Source: Calditrichia bacterium (GTDB lineage Bacteria; Calditrichota; Calditrichia; JAJRVZ01). From it: a stretch of DNA of 64,000 nt. The translations under genes were made by a program, and so were the position numbers. The first letter of the stretch is position 1; each line of letters opens with the position of its first letter. Shown piece by piece: positions 43,680 to 53,471 of the stretch. The notes beneath the pieces are model-generated. The model did not search any database and was not told the origin of the DNA. It saw only the letters and a program-made list of their open reading frames with translations. The DNA is taken from the NCBI GenBank assembly GCA_963777955.1, contig CAVZSQ010000022.1:320001-384000 (forward strand). Direction: 5' to 3'.

Positions 43680-44358
43680 TTAGTTCTTACCACTCCGCTT
43701 GGTTGTCCCCTTAGGTCCTGTTCCATCACAATTTTTTTGTTTTGAGCCTGTGCCGCTTCCCTGTTGCGGACCGATGGCTTTTTTACCAGTGTTGGTCTGC
43801 TTCTGCGTACCTTTACCAAATTGATTCTTTTCTCCGGTACCATCCTGCGGGCGGGTAAAGTCAGGATCCTGGCCATTAGGAATACCGTCGCCATCCCAGT
43901 CTTGGGCATTATCATTAATTCCATCGCCATTTTCATCGATGAATCCGCCTTTGCCATTACCGGCGCGATTTTTGGCTCCGGTATAATCGGGATCCTGTCC
44001 ATTGGGAATGCCATCACCATCAGCATCGGCGGCGTTATCATTATAACCGTCGCCGTTCTTATCTTCAAACTGCTTCTGATGCTGGACTTCTTTCTGGTTA
44101 GTTTCTCCTTAAGTTGTCCCTGTTGGATTGTTCCTGGCTTTGGGCACGTACCTGTTCTTTCACAGCGGTCCGACTTGTTCCCCACCTGATTTCTGTTCTG
44201 AACTTCGTTCTGATTGGTTTCTCCTTTAAGTTGGCCCTGTTCAATTGTTCCTGTTTTTCAGCACGCACCTTGGTGGTGTCCTGGCTGAAAAGACTGGTAG
44301 TGAAGAACATGAACAGTAGCCCTGCCAGTGTGATGATACTTAGATTTGAGTGCTTCAT
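43680..44358 (-). CDS. Second secreted DxDGDG-repeat protein, several frameshifts; correct frame absent from the ORF track
   Basis: Signal peptide from 44358 (AGGAGG RBS). Manual frame: FEDKNGDGYNDNAADADGDGIPNGQDPDY...FIDENGDGINDNAQDWDGDGIPNGQDPDFTRPQDGTG...NCDGTGPKGTTKRSGKN*. Confidence 0.78.
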
Positions 44359-44403
44359 TGTGATTCCTCCTTTTTGTTCGCTTTATATTTTGAGATCATT
44401 GGG

Positions 44404-44418
44404 TCAATTACTATGCCA
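44404..44418 (-). promoter_or_regulatory. Putative sigma54 promoter
   Basis: Minus strand TGGCATAGTAATTGA; IHF-like site with one mismatch at 44437-44449. Confidence 0.65.
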
Positions 44419-44495
44419 AAAAATATATTATGTTGATAACTTATTGAAAATTAAGAAATAAGCGATTTTGAGAAATCTGCAGATTCAATTCAGTC

Positions 44496-44532
44496 TCGAC
44501 CTGGCGGTCGAAGTTGAAGACAAATCCGGCGA
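44496..44532. promoter_or_regulatory. Putative tandem activator sites (UAS)
   Basis: Palindrome TCGACC-TGGC-GGTCGA and AAGAC-N6-GGCGA, starts 21 bp apart. Confidence 0.55.
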
Positions 44533-44563
44533 TAGATATTCTGGTGGAGGGATTTACTTACGC

Positions 44564-45940
44564 TCAGACAGTAGATTTTTTTAGACCGAGAATATCCAAC
44601 CTGGAGCGCAGGTGCCGTTCACTGATACCCAGAATTCTGGCTGCGGCACTCTGGTTTCCGTTACTGCGCTGCAATGCTTCCTGCACCATTTCTTTCTCGA
44701 ATGCCTGCATCTTTTCATCATACCCCTCTTCCAGGTGCAAGGGATCGATAATCGATTTTTCAGAGTATTGCACCAGTGAGGCCGGCAAATCCTGAACGGT
44801 TAAATGTGTACTCCGGCATAAGACTACGGCATGCTCGATCATATTCTCCAATTCACGGATGTTACCTGGAAAGTTATATTTCAGTAATCGATCGAGCGCT
44901 TCGCGGCTGATACCATCGATCTGTTTATTATTTTCCAGGGCATACTTTTTAATAAAGTGATCAACCAGTAATGGGATATCAGTTTTGCGCTGGTGCAGCG
45001 GAGGTATTTGAATGGTTATCACGTTGATCCGGTAATAAAGATCCTCGCGGAATTTTCCATCCTTAATCAGTTGTTCCAGATTACGGTGTGTAGCAGTCAG
45101 GATACGTACATCTATTGCAACTGGTGCATTACTTCCCAGACGTTCAATCTGGCCAAATTGCAGGGCACGCAGTAGTTTGACCTGGACGTTTGCCGGCATA
45201 TCACCTATCTCATCAATAAATAGGGTCCCGGTATCAGCCTGCTCGAAACGACCTATCCTTTGCTGGGTGGCGCCGGTAAAGGCTCCTTTTTCATGTCCGA
45301 ACAGTTCACTCTCGATCAGGGTTTCAGTAAGAGCGGATACATTGACCACGATAAATGGTGCATTATTTCGGGGACCGGCAAAATGAATTGCGCGGGCGAC
45401 CAGTTCTTTTCCGGTTCCGCTTTCCCCGCGTATTAACACCGTCGCTTTACTGCCAGCCACACGGGCCGCAGTATTGAGCACTGCTTCCATCTCGCCGCTC
45501 TGTGATATGACCGCATCAAATTTAAACTTTGCCCGCAACTGTTCCTTCAGCAGTTGATTTTCAGCAATCAGTAATCTTTTTTCCTGGATCCGTTTCAGTA
45601 AATTTTCCAGTTCATTCAGATCCACCGGTTTAATCAGGTAATCATAGGCCCCGGCTTTCATACTCTCCACGGCGTCTTCGATGCTGGCATAGGCTGTCAT
45701 AATGACCACATCGATTTCCGGATTGAGTTCTTTTATTTTTTTCAGCACAGTGAATCCGGTCCACTCCGGCATACGAAAATCGGAAAGGATCAAGTCAATG
45801 GTATTGTTTTTAACAATCTCGTATCCGGCAGGTCCGGAAGCAGCAGTAAACACCATATAGCCGCGCCGCTCTAAAAAACTTCTGAATGACTGAATCTGGC
45901 TTTCCTCGTCATCTATGACCAGAATACTCAAAGTTTGCAT
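44564..45940 (-). CDS. Sigma54-dependent response regulator (NtrC/ZraR family)
   Basis: REC domain (IDDE, SDFRMP, KP), GESGTGKE, GAFTGA, FIDEIG, Fis-type HTH. Confidence 0.95.
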   Translation of the reverse strand: MQTLSILVIDDEESQIQSFRSFLERRGYMVFTAASGPAGYEIVKNNTIDLILSDFRMPEWTGFTVLKKIKELNPEIDVVIMTAYASIEDAVESMKAGAYDYLIKPVDLNELENLLKRIQEKRLLIAENQLLKEQLRAKFKFDAVISQSGEMEAVLNTAARVAGSKATVLIRGESGTGKELVARAIHFAGPRNNAPFIVVNVSALTETLIESELFGHEKGAFTGATQQRIGRFEQADTGTLFIDEIGDMPANVQVKLLRALQFGQIERLGSNAPVAIDVRILTATHRNLEQLIKDGKFREDLYYRINVITIQIPPLHQRKTDIPLLVDHFIKKYALENNKQIDGISREALDRLLKYNFPGNIRELENMIEHAVVLCRSTHLTVQDLPASLVQYSEKSIIDPLHLEEGYDEKMQAFEKEMVQEALQRSNGNQSAAARILGISERHLRSRLDILGLKKSTV

Positions 45941-45988
45941 AAAACTCCTGAATTTTAGATATCCGCTTGATCTTGCTGATGATTAGTT

Positions 45989-48029
45989 TTATTTATATAC
46001 GTTAACCGGCATTCGAATGATGAAGGAGGTTCCCTGTCCTGGTTGACTTTCAACAGAGATAATCCCGTCATGTTCCAGAATTATGCGCTGAACAATGCTC
46101 AAACCTATGCCGGTACCCTTGGCCTTGGTAGTAAAATAAAGGTTGAAAATTTTAGATTTGATCGAATCGGGAATTTCCTGTCCATCGTTATGGACTGATA
46201 TTTCAACTTTCTCGTGTTGAGTGGAATTCACAATAACCTGAATGACCCCCTTAGTCTCGATAGCCTCCAGAGCATTCTGAATCAGGTTCATGAATACCTG
46301 TTTCATCTGTTGGTGATCCCAGCGCACCATTCCGTCCCAGCGCAGATCTAACCGAAATTGTACATTCTGGGAATCCAGCAGCGCTTGATACTGCAGTTTA
46401 AGTTGCTCCAGAAGATCGCTCAACAGGAATGGTGCAGGATTGATCGGTTCCGGCCGGCTGAATCTCAGGAATTTTTCGATACTATCATTGATACGCCTGA
46501 CCTCCTTATATACTAATCCAGCCAGCTGATGATATTCCTGTCCCTGTTTTAATGGTTCAAAGTCTTTATCCAGTTGCTGTACTATTGTACCAATTGTATT
46601 AAGCGGATTGCGGATCTCATGAGCCACCCCGGAGGCCAGTTGCCCCATAGCACTTAATCGTTCTTTACGCTGAACCTGATCTTCCAGCCGTTTCTGTTCC
46701 GTCAGATCTCTCAGTACTAATATAGTCATCTCGCTGGCCTGTCGATCGGATAACCGGGTTTTCGATACCAGTAGATACCTGGATTGCTGGTTGATGATTC
46801 CGTTGATCTGCTGCATGGTCGACGGATCGTTTAATATTTGTTTAGCCAAGATGTCCGGTATCAAAGCGTGGAGTGATAAACTCAGCACTTCGCGTTCAGT
46901 ACAACCGCACAGAATTTCAGCTGCGCGATTGATGACTTTTATTCTATTTTCCCCGTCATAGACAATAATGGCATCACTGACTTTCTGGATGATGTTGCTG
47001 GAATAGGTTTCTATCTCCTCATATTGTTTATGCAGCAGATCATATCGCTGACGTATTAGAATAAAAGTAAAGATGATGAATCCAATAATAACGAGTACAA
47101 TGGTAATGATTATCAGGCGCCGATAAATGCGATCATTAATCACCTGTACCGGTTGCAGGGAGAGGCCAAGGCGAAACAGACCGACGGTTTGATTCTGGTA
47201 GGTGAAGGGCAGTACGGTTTCGAATACTTGTAAGGAATCCAGAGTAACGGTCCGGGTTAAAAACAACGAATCGCCATAGGCTTTGTTCAGGAATGAGTCG
47301 TGCCGGATCGCTTCCAGATTTGTTACTGCTCCCGATGCGGCCAGAATGGAAGCGGTGTCCTGTAGTGCAATAAAAATAATACCCGGATTGTTTGCGATTT
47401 TACGTAAAAGTATTCCAAAACCGGTTGTTTTACGCAGGTCTATTAATTCCTGAGCGTCGACATTGAGGACGATAGCACTGCGATCCGCGGCGGCCAGGGC
47501 CACTATATACCGGTATCCGCCCTGAGATCTGGCGTGCCTCATGCCGATAATCAGAGTATCCTGATCACCATCAAAGATAGGGTAGAGCAAATCCTCGGGA
47601 TCGATGTTTTCAGGCAAATCTGACGGTTGACCGGGATGACTGCTATAAATATTTTCTCCGTCCGGATTGAAAATATTGATCCGGAATATTTTGTTTTGTT
47701 CCGCAATTTCATTAAGACGGATTTCGGTAATTTTTTTTTCCTGGTAAAGTTTTTTAATCACAGACTGCATTGTTTAGCGATCGTTCACGGTAAGATTTTT
47801 CCATTTGGTCGTTAATCGCCAGTGCATTTTGAGAAGCGATAATCAGGGATTCCAGGAAGGAATGAGCCTGATCGCTCATCAGGGAAAGTAATTCAATTTT
47901 ACTTTGTTGTAGTTCGATCAGGGCGCTGCTAATCATCAACGCTGCCAGAACGAGGAAGATCAATAGTAAAAATCTGGGTCGTACCAAGATCGGCTTTGGG
48001 GATGATGTCTTGTTAATATTTGAATTCAT
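45989..48029 (-). CDS. Membrane sensor histidine kinase with PAS domain, frameshift near 47765
   Basis: Two TM segments around a periplasmic domain; AHEIRNPL H-box, NLIQNA, GTGIGL. Confidence 0.92.
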
Positions 48030-48306
48030 ATGATCCAGATCCTGTGATCTTAGCTTAGGATGAATGATCCGGATGATTTCTTAAGGTATCGTTCGGATTA
48101 AATTTACTGTTTGACAGCAGACATATCAAAATATAAATATATCTATATTTAAAGGTGCAGGTGATAATTTGTTGGTTTGGGAGATGATATCAGTTAATTT
48201 ATCAGTGCGCAGGGAGAATCCCCTTGATAGGAATAGATGATCGTAATAAATAGTTTTTATTGTAAGAATATTTTAGGCGGGTATGATTTAAAACGGGAAA
48301 GGCACT

Positions 48307-51300
48307 ATGTCCGATAAACAGGATATTTTATTTGGGCCAAACGTCTGGTTGATCGATGAAATGTACCGCCAGTACCTGGATAATCCCGAGTCGGTGTCGG
48401 AGAGTTGGCGGGATTTCTTTGGGGATTATAAACCTTCTCCGTTCAATGCGGAAGCAGCCCATGTTACAGAAAAAAAAGACCTGCGGCGGCAGCAGCAGCA
48501 GCCGGTCAGGGAAACTGCCGGTCAGGCGGATCTGGAGATGCACCTGGAGCCGTTGCGTGGTTTTGCCGCCCGCATTGTGGAAAATATGGAGAGCAGTCTA
48601 TCCGTTCCTACCGCCACTTCCACCCGGATCATTCCGGTAAAACTCCTGGAAGAAAACCGTACCATACTGAATCGTCATTTTGCCGAGAGCAAAGGGGGTA
48701 AAGTTAGTTTTACCCATATGATCGCCTGGGCTATTTTAAAGGCTCTGCGGCATCTGCCGGTGATGACCACTTCCTTCATGGAAGTTGACGGAGTTCCGCA
48801 TAAAGTTATTCAGCGGCATATTAATTTCGGCCTGGCTGTGGATGTGGAGCGTAAAGATAAATCCCGCTCGCTGCTGGTGCCTAATATTAAAATAGCCGAC
48901 ACGCTTGACTTTAACATGTTCTTCTCCGCGTATAACGAATTACTGCGTAAAGTGAAGACCAATACCATTGAACCGGATGATTTCCTGGGTACGACGGTTT
49001 CACTGACCAATCCGGGTATGATCGGCACGGTTCATTCCATACCCCGTCTGATGGCCGGACAAAGTTGTATTATAGCCACAGGGGCTATCGCTTATCCCGC
49101 CGAGTATCAATCTGCCGATCCGCAACTGATTGCCCGGCTGGGTATCAGCAAGGTCATGACCATGACCTGTACTTATGATCACCGCATTATACAGGGTGCC
49201 GAGAGTGGTATGTTTTTGGGTCACATTCAGCAATTGCTGGCCGGCACGGATAATTTTTATCAGGAAATATTTTCCAGTTTGAAAGTACCCTATCAACCCG
49301 TACAACTGCGCCAGGATGTCAATCCGTCTTTCGAAACGGATGGCGACCGTCCGGTTATGTTCGAAAAACAGGTGCGAGTTTTACAAATGATCAACATGTT
49401 CCGGGTACGGGGACATCTGGTTGCAGATTTGAATCCGCTGGCTGACGAAGTAAAAACCCATCCTGAACTGGAACCGGACCGGTATGGCCTGAGCATCTGG
49501 GATTATGACCGCGAATTCAATTCACTGGGATTGGCCGGCAGGAACCTGCTGACTCTGCGCGAGATAATCAATATACTGCGTGACTCCTATTGCCGGACGA
49601 TCGGGATTGAATACATGCACATCCAGGAGCCCGATCAAAAAAACTGGATCCAGATTAGAATCGAAGGCATTAATCGCAGCAAATGGCTGAACAATGCCGA
49701 TAAGCAGCAGATTCTGTTCATGCTTAACGCAGCCGAGGCTTTCGAAAATTTTCTGCAGACCAAATATGTCGGGCATAAACGGTTCAGCCTGGAAGGGGCA
49801 GAAACACTTATTCCCATGTTACATCATCTGCTGGATCGCTCCGGTGAACAGAACCTGCAGGAGGTTGTTATCGGCATGTCGCATCGCGGCCGGCTTAATG
49901 TCCTGGCCAATATTTTGCAGAAAAGTTATAAGAAAATATTCCGTGAATTTGAAGGGGATCTGGATCCCGATTCGCAGCAAGGTTCCGGCGATGTGAAATA
50001 CCATTTGGGGGCCAGCGGGGTTCATGAACTGTCCAATGGGCGAAAAGTTAAATTAACTCTGGCTTCCAATCCCAGTCACCTGGAGGCAGTCAATCCGGTT
50101 GTGGAGGGAATGACCCGCGGTTTGCAGGACCGGCTTGGTGATAAAAGCCATGACCGGGTATTATCGTTATTGATTCACGGTGATGCTGCTTTTGCCGGGC
50201 AGGGGGTAGTGGCCGAGACTCTGAATTTGAGTGCCCTGCACGGTTATCGCACCGGTGGTACTATTCATATTGTGATCAACAATGGTATCGGTTTTACCAC
50301 ATCTCCCCGGCAAGCCCGCTCCAGTGTTTATGCCACCGATGTGGCAAAAATGGTCCAGGCCCCTATTTTTCATGTTAATGGTGAAGATCCGGAGGCATGT
50401 GTGCATGTGATCAATCTGGCCATGGATTTTCGTCAGGAATTCAAAAAGGATGTGGTGATCGATTTGGTATGTTACCGTCGGCACGGCCATAATGAGGGGG
50501 ATGAACCCAGTTATACTCAGCCGCAGATGTACGCCCGTATAAAGGGAAAAAGATCAATCCGGAAATTGTACACCGAGATGCTGGTTAACCGCGGCGATTT
50601 AAGTTTAAAGGAAGCAGAATCGGCTCTCGATGATTACCGCCGGATGATGGACCAGGCTTTTGAGGAAACCCGTGACAGTGCTCCTCCCGAAGTTGCCATA
50701 GCGGAACAGGTCACCCTGGTAAAACCGGATCCGCCAATGACGACCGGGGTGCCAGCTGGCGTGCTTGATGAGATTGTGCAATCATTGATAACATTTCCAG
50801 GGGATTTTAAAGTACATCCCAAACTGGAGAAACAGATTTTGCAGCGTAAAAGTATGGTAGCCAATGATGAAATTGACTGGGGGCTGGCCGAAGCACTGGC
50901 CTTTGGATCATTACTGCTGGAGCGAATTCCCATACGCTTATCCGGTCAGGATTCACGTCGTGGAACATTCAGCCAGCGTCATGCCGTGTTAATTGATTAC
51001 GATACCGGTCAAGAATACTCCCCTCTGAATCATATCCGCCAGGAACAAGCACAGTTCTCTATTTACGATTCGACTTTAAGCGAGTTCGCCGTGATGGGAT
51101 TTGAATACGGTTATTCGGTTACCCGTAATGATGTACTGGTCTTATGGGAGGCGCAGTTTGGTGATTTTGTGAATGGCGGGCAGGTTATCATCGATCAGTT
51201 TCTATCTTCGGCTCAGGATAAATGGGATCAACGCAGCCGCCTGGTGCTGCTTTTGCCGCATGGTTATGAAGGTCAGGGTCCTGAACATTCCAGTGCGCGT

Positions 51301-51921
51301 CTGGAGAGGTTTTTAGCGCTTTGTGCCGAGAATAACCTGCGGGTAACCTATCCTTCCACAGCAGCACAGTATTTTCATTTGCTGCGCAATCAGGCCCGCC
51401 AGGATAAGATACGTCCTTTAATAGTATTGACTCCCAAAAGTTTGTTGCGTGCCGAGGTAGCCAAGTGTAAAAAAGCAGATTTAATGCAGGGTGGATTTCA
51501 GGTTTTAATCGATGAATCGCAACCGCTTAAAAATCCTGATAAACTGATACTATGTGCCGGCAAGGTAGCTTTTGATTTGCAGAACTACCGCCAGGAGCAT
51601 AAGATTAAAAATACGCTGATCGTGCGCCTGGAACAATTTTATCCCTTTCCGTTTGATCAACTCACCGAGATACTCAAACGTTACCCCGGATTAACCAGCA
51701 TTCGCTGGGTACAGGAGGAGCCTCGCAATATGGGCGGCTGGAATTTTGTATTGGCCCGGTTGCAGGAAATCCTCTCCAAATCACATCAACTTAAATTTGT
51801 CGGCAGGCTGCCCAGTGCTAGTCCGGCAACCGGGATTTACCGTCTGCATTTAGCCGAGCAATCTATATTATTAAAGCAGGCTTTTGCTTACTGCCACCCT
51901 TACCCACCTCCGAGGTTCTGA
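48307..51921 (+). CDS. kgd: Kgd/OdhA-type 2-oxoglutarate dehydrogenase (acyltransferase domain fused to E1)
   Basis: TYDHRIIQGAESG acyltransferase motif; GMSHRGRLN, HGDAAFAGQG, WEAQFGDF, HGYEGQGPEHSSAR. Confidence 0.92.
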   Translation: MSDKQDILFGPNVWLIDEMYRQYLDNPESVSESWRDFFGDYKPSPFNAEAAHVTEKKDLRRQQQQPVRETAGQADLEMHLEPLRGFAARIVENMESSLSVPTATSTRIIPVKLLEENRTILNRHFAESKGGKVSFTHMIAWAILKALRHLPVMTTSFMEVDGVPHKVIQRHINFGLAVDVERKDKSRSLLVPNIKIADTLDFNMFFSAYNELLRKVKTNTIEPDDFLGTTVSLTNPGMIGTVHSIPRLMAGQSCIIATGAIAYPAEYQSADPQLIARLGISKVMTMTCTYDHRIIQGAESGMFLGHIQQLLAGTDNFYQEIFSSLKVPYQPVQLRQDVNPSFETDGDRPVMFEKQVRVLQMINMFRVRGHLVADLNPLADEVKTHPELEPDRYGLSIWDYDREFNSLGLAGRNLLTLREIINILRDSYCRTIGIEYMHIQEPDQKNWIQIRIEGINRSKWLNNADKQQILFMLNAAEAFENFLQTKYVGHKRFSLEGAETLIPMLHHLLDRSGEQNLQEVVIGMSHRGRLNVLANILQKSYKKIFREFEGDLDPDSQQGSGDVKYHLGASGVHELSNGRKVKLTLASNPSHLEAVNPVVEGMTRGLQDRLGDKSHDRVLSLLIHGDAAFAGQGVVAETLNLSALHGYRTGGTIHIVINNGIGFTTSPRQARSSVYATDVAKMVQAPIFHVNGEDPEACVHVINLAMDFRQEFKKDVVIDLVCYRRHGHNEGDEPSYTQPQMYARIKGKRSIRKLYTEMLVNRGDLSLKEAESALDDYRRMMDQAFEETRDSAPPEVAIAEQVTLVKPDPPMTTGVPAGVLDEIVQSLITFPGDFKVHPKLEKQILQRKSMVANDEIDWGLAEALAFGSLLLERIPIRLSGQDSRRGTFSQRHAVLIDYDTGQEYSPLNHIRQEQAQFSIYDSTLSEFAVMGFEYGYSVTRNDVLVLWEAQFGDFVNGGQVIIDQFLSSAQDKWDQRSRLVLLLPHGYEGQGPEHSSARLERFLALCAENNLRVTYPSTAAQYFHLLRNQARQDKIRPLIVLTPKSLLRAEVAKCKKADLMQGGFQVLIDESQPLKNPDKLILCAGKVAFDLQNYRQEHKIKNTLIVRLEQFYPFPFDQLTEILKRYPGLTSIRWVQEEPRNMGGWNFVLARLQEILSKSHQLKFVGRLPSASPATGIYRLHLAEQSILLKQAFAYCHPYPPPRF

Positions 51922-52448
51922 CAACCTCGGAGGTGGGAAATTAATTCCTCTCTCGATTTGAACTGCGTTAATATCTCGTTTTGATCGACAACTTTCCCTC
52001 TTCGCAATCCAAAATAGTCTTTGGCACATGAAAATTCCCAATCCGTTGGTATTGTAGCAAGACCTGCTTTAACTGGATTCATGATAATATAAAAAAATAT
52101 ATCAAAGTAATACTTTCCATCAGTAATCGGTTTGTTTTTTGTTTTGCCCTGGAATAATACACCTGTGCGATTGTACCTTTTATTATAAGCTTTTGTATAT
52201 GAATTTAGCAGATCGGAAGTAAATTTACTGATTTTATGATGATCGGTTAATTGCTTTAAAAAAAGATGAAAATGCGTTGGCATTAAACAATAACACAGAA
52301 TAGAAATCATGTATTTTTCTTTATATTTCTGCATTTTTCTTATAAAAAATTGATAATCAGTTTTATTACGAAAGATGGGATCTGATAAAACTCCACGATT
52401 ATAAATATGATGGTATGAATCCTTTAAGTAAAATCTGGGTTTATTCAT
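51900..52448 (-). mobile_element. REP-associated tyrosine transposase (RAYT, Y1/HUH family)
   Basis: YHHIYNRG, YCLMPTHFHL (HUH), G.LFQG, YIIMNPVKAGL (catalytic Tyr), WEFS. AT-rich and flanked by REP doublets. Likely start ATG 52448. Confidence 0.9.
51903..51937. repeat. REP doublet, copy 3 (RAYT 3' flank)
   Basis: CCCACCTCCGAGGTT-ctgac-AACCTCGGAGGTGGG. Confidence 0.95.
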
Positions 52449-52486
52449 TTTACAGGTTGAACTTGTTTCAGGAAGGAGGAGCAAAT

Positions 52487-52531
52487 TATATACCACCTCC
52501 GAGGTTATCAGAACCTCGGAGGTGGTATATA
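52487..52531. repeat. REP doublet, copy 4 (RAYT 5' flank)
   Basis: TATATACCACCTCCGAGGTT-atcag-AACCTCGGAGGTGGTATATA, 20-bp arms. Confidence 0.95.
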
Positions 52532-52942
52532 CACCAAATGTAAGGACATGGCAAGTAAAATCAGGTTTTCAAGCATCTTAAACCAATCCACCGGCGTATC
52601 AGAACCGAAACAACCACAATTGATGTCCAGGCCTCGGATTAATGCCGAAAAAATGGCGAGGATAAATACCAGATTCATAAGCGAAAGCAATATCGCACTG
52701 GCCCGGACAAATATACCGGCCAACAACAGCATACCGCAATAGATCTCTAACCAGGGCAAAAATATCGCCACCAGGTTAGTCAGTGCCGCAGGCAAGATCA
52801 TGTAATTCTGAATAGACTGACTGAATTCAGCAGGTACAAATATTTTCTGTACCCCGGCATAAATAAAAACCGCACCGAGAATAAAACGGAATATCATTGA
52901 CAATACTGGATGCCGGGTAATTTGCTTTACATCGATTTTCAT
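52508..52942 (-). CDS. MauE/DoxX-family membrane protein
   Basis: R..LG.VFIYAG..K, LPWLE, RGLDINCGCFG. Confidence 0.88.
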   Translation of the reverse strand: MKIDVKQITRHPVLSMIFRFILGAVFIYAGVQKIFVPAEFSQSIQNYMILPAALTNLVAIFLPWLEIYCGMLLLAGIFVRASAILLSLMNLVFILAIFSALIRGLDINCGCFGSDTPVDWFKMLENLILLAMSLHLVYIPPPRF

Positions 52943-52955
52943 AAATCACGAATCT

Positions 52956-53447
52956 CTATTTACTGATCGTATTATCTGTTTTCTCCACCGGAAACTGCCT
53001 GGCTACCCACATCTCAAAACCGTCTGCTAATACCCGGACATTGCCGAATCCCTGCTGAGCAAGAAAGCCGGCCAAGCGTTGAGCGGAACCGCAATCTTTA
53101 TTGCAATAAACCAACAAAGGCCGCTCTGTGGCAATGGACGCAAAAAAATTCATGATCTGATCCATCGACCACCTCGCTGGCACATTCACCGCTTGCCGGA
53201 TATGACCCCGGGCAAATTCTTCCGGATAACGCGTATCGATAAACAGAACCTGACCTTGCTGATAAAGTAAATACGCCTGTTCAACGGAAATAAGATTTGT
53301 ATCGGACGAAGACGCCGCTTTGTAAATCAGCGGAATACCATTACTCGAAAAATAATTAAAAAACAGACCGGTTGCTGTTACCAGCAAAATAATGATGATG
53401 ATCTGTAAAAGAACATTATGCTGCACTGATTTTAAATTGAATACCAC
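52956..53447 (-). CDS. Membrane-anchored rhodanese-domain protein
   Basis: FIDTR..EEF.RGHI..AVN, VYCNKDC, L.DGF..W. Confidence 0.85.
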   Translation of the reverse strand: MVFNLKSVQHNVLLQIIIIILLVTATGLFFNYFSSNGIPLIYKAASSSDTNLISVEQAYLLYQQGQVLFIDTRYPEEFARGHIRQAVNVPARWSMDQIMNFFASIATERPLLVYCNKDCGSAQRLAGFLAQQGFGNVRVLADGFEMWVARQFPVEKTDNTISK

Positions 53448-53471
53448 TAAGATCTCTCTTCGCTATTACTA

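Noticed and set aside
43529..44185. 218-aa Met/Thr-rich ORF and overlapping ORFs at 43015-44189
   Set aside because: These are off-frame or antisense shadows of the DxDGDG-repeat genes.
46170..46195. Degenerate G1 box (HNDGQEI) suggesting an inactive kinase
   Set aside because: The H, N, F and G2 boxes are intact and G1 variants occur in active kinases.
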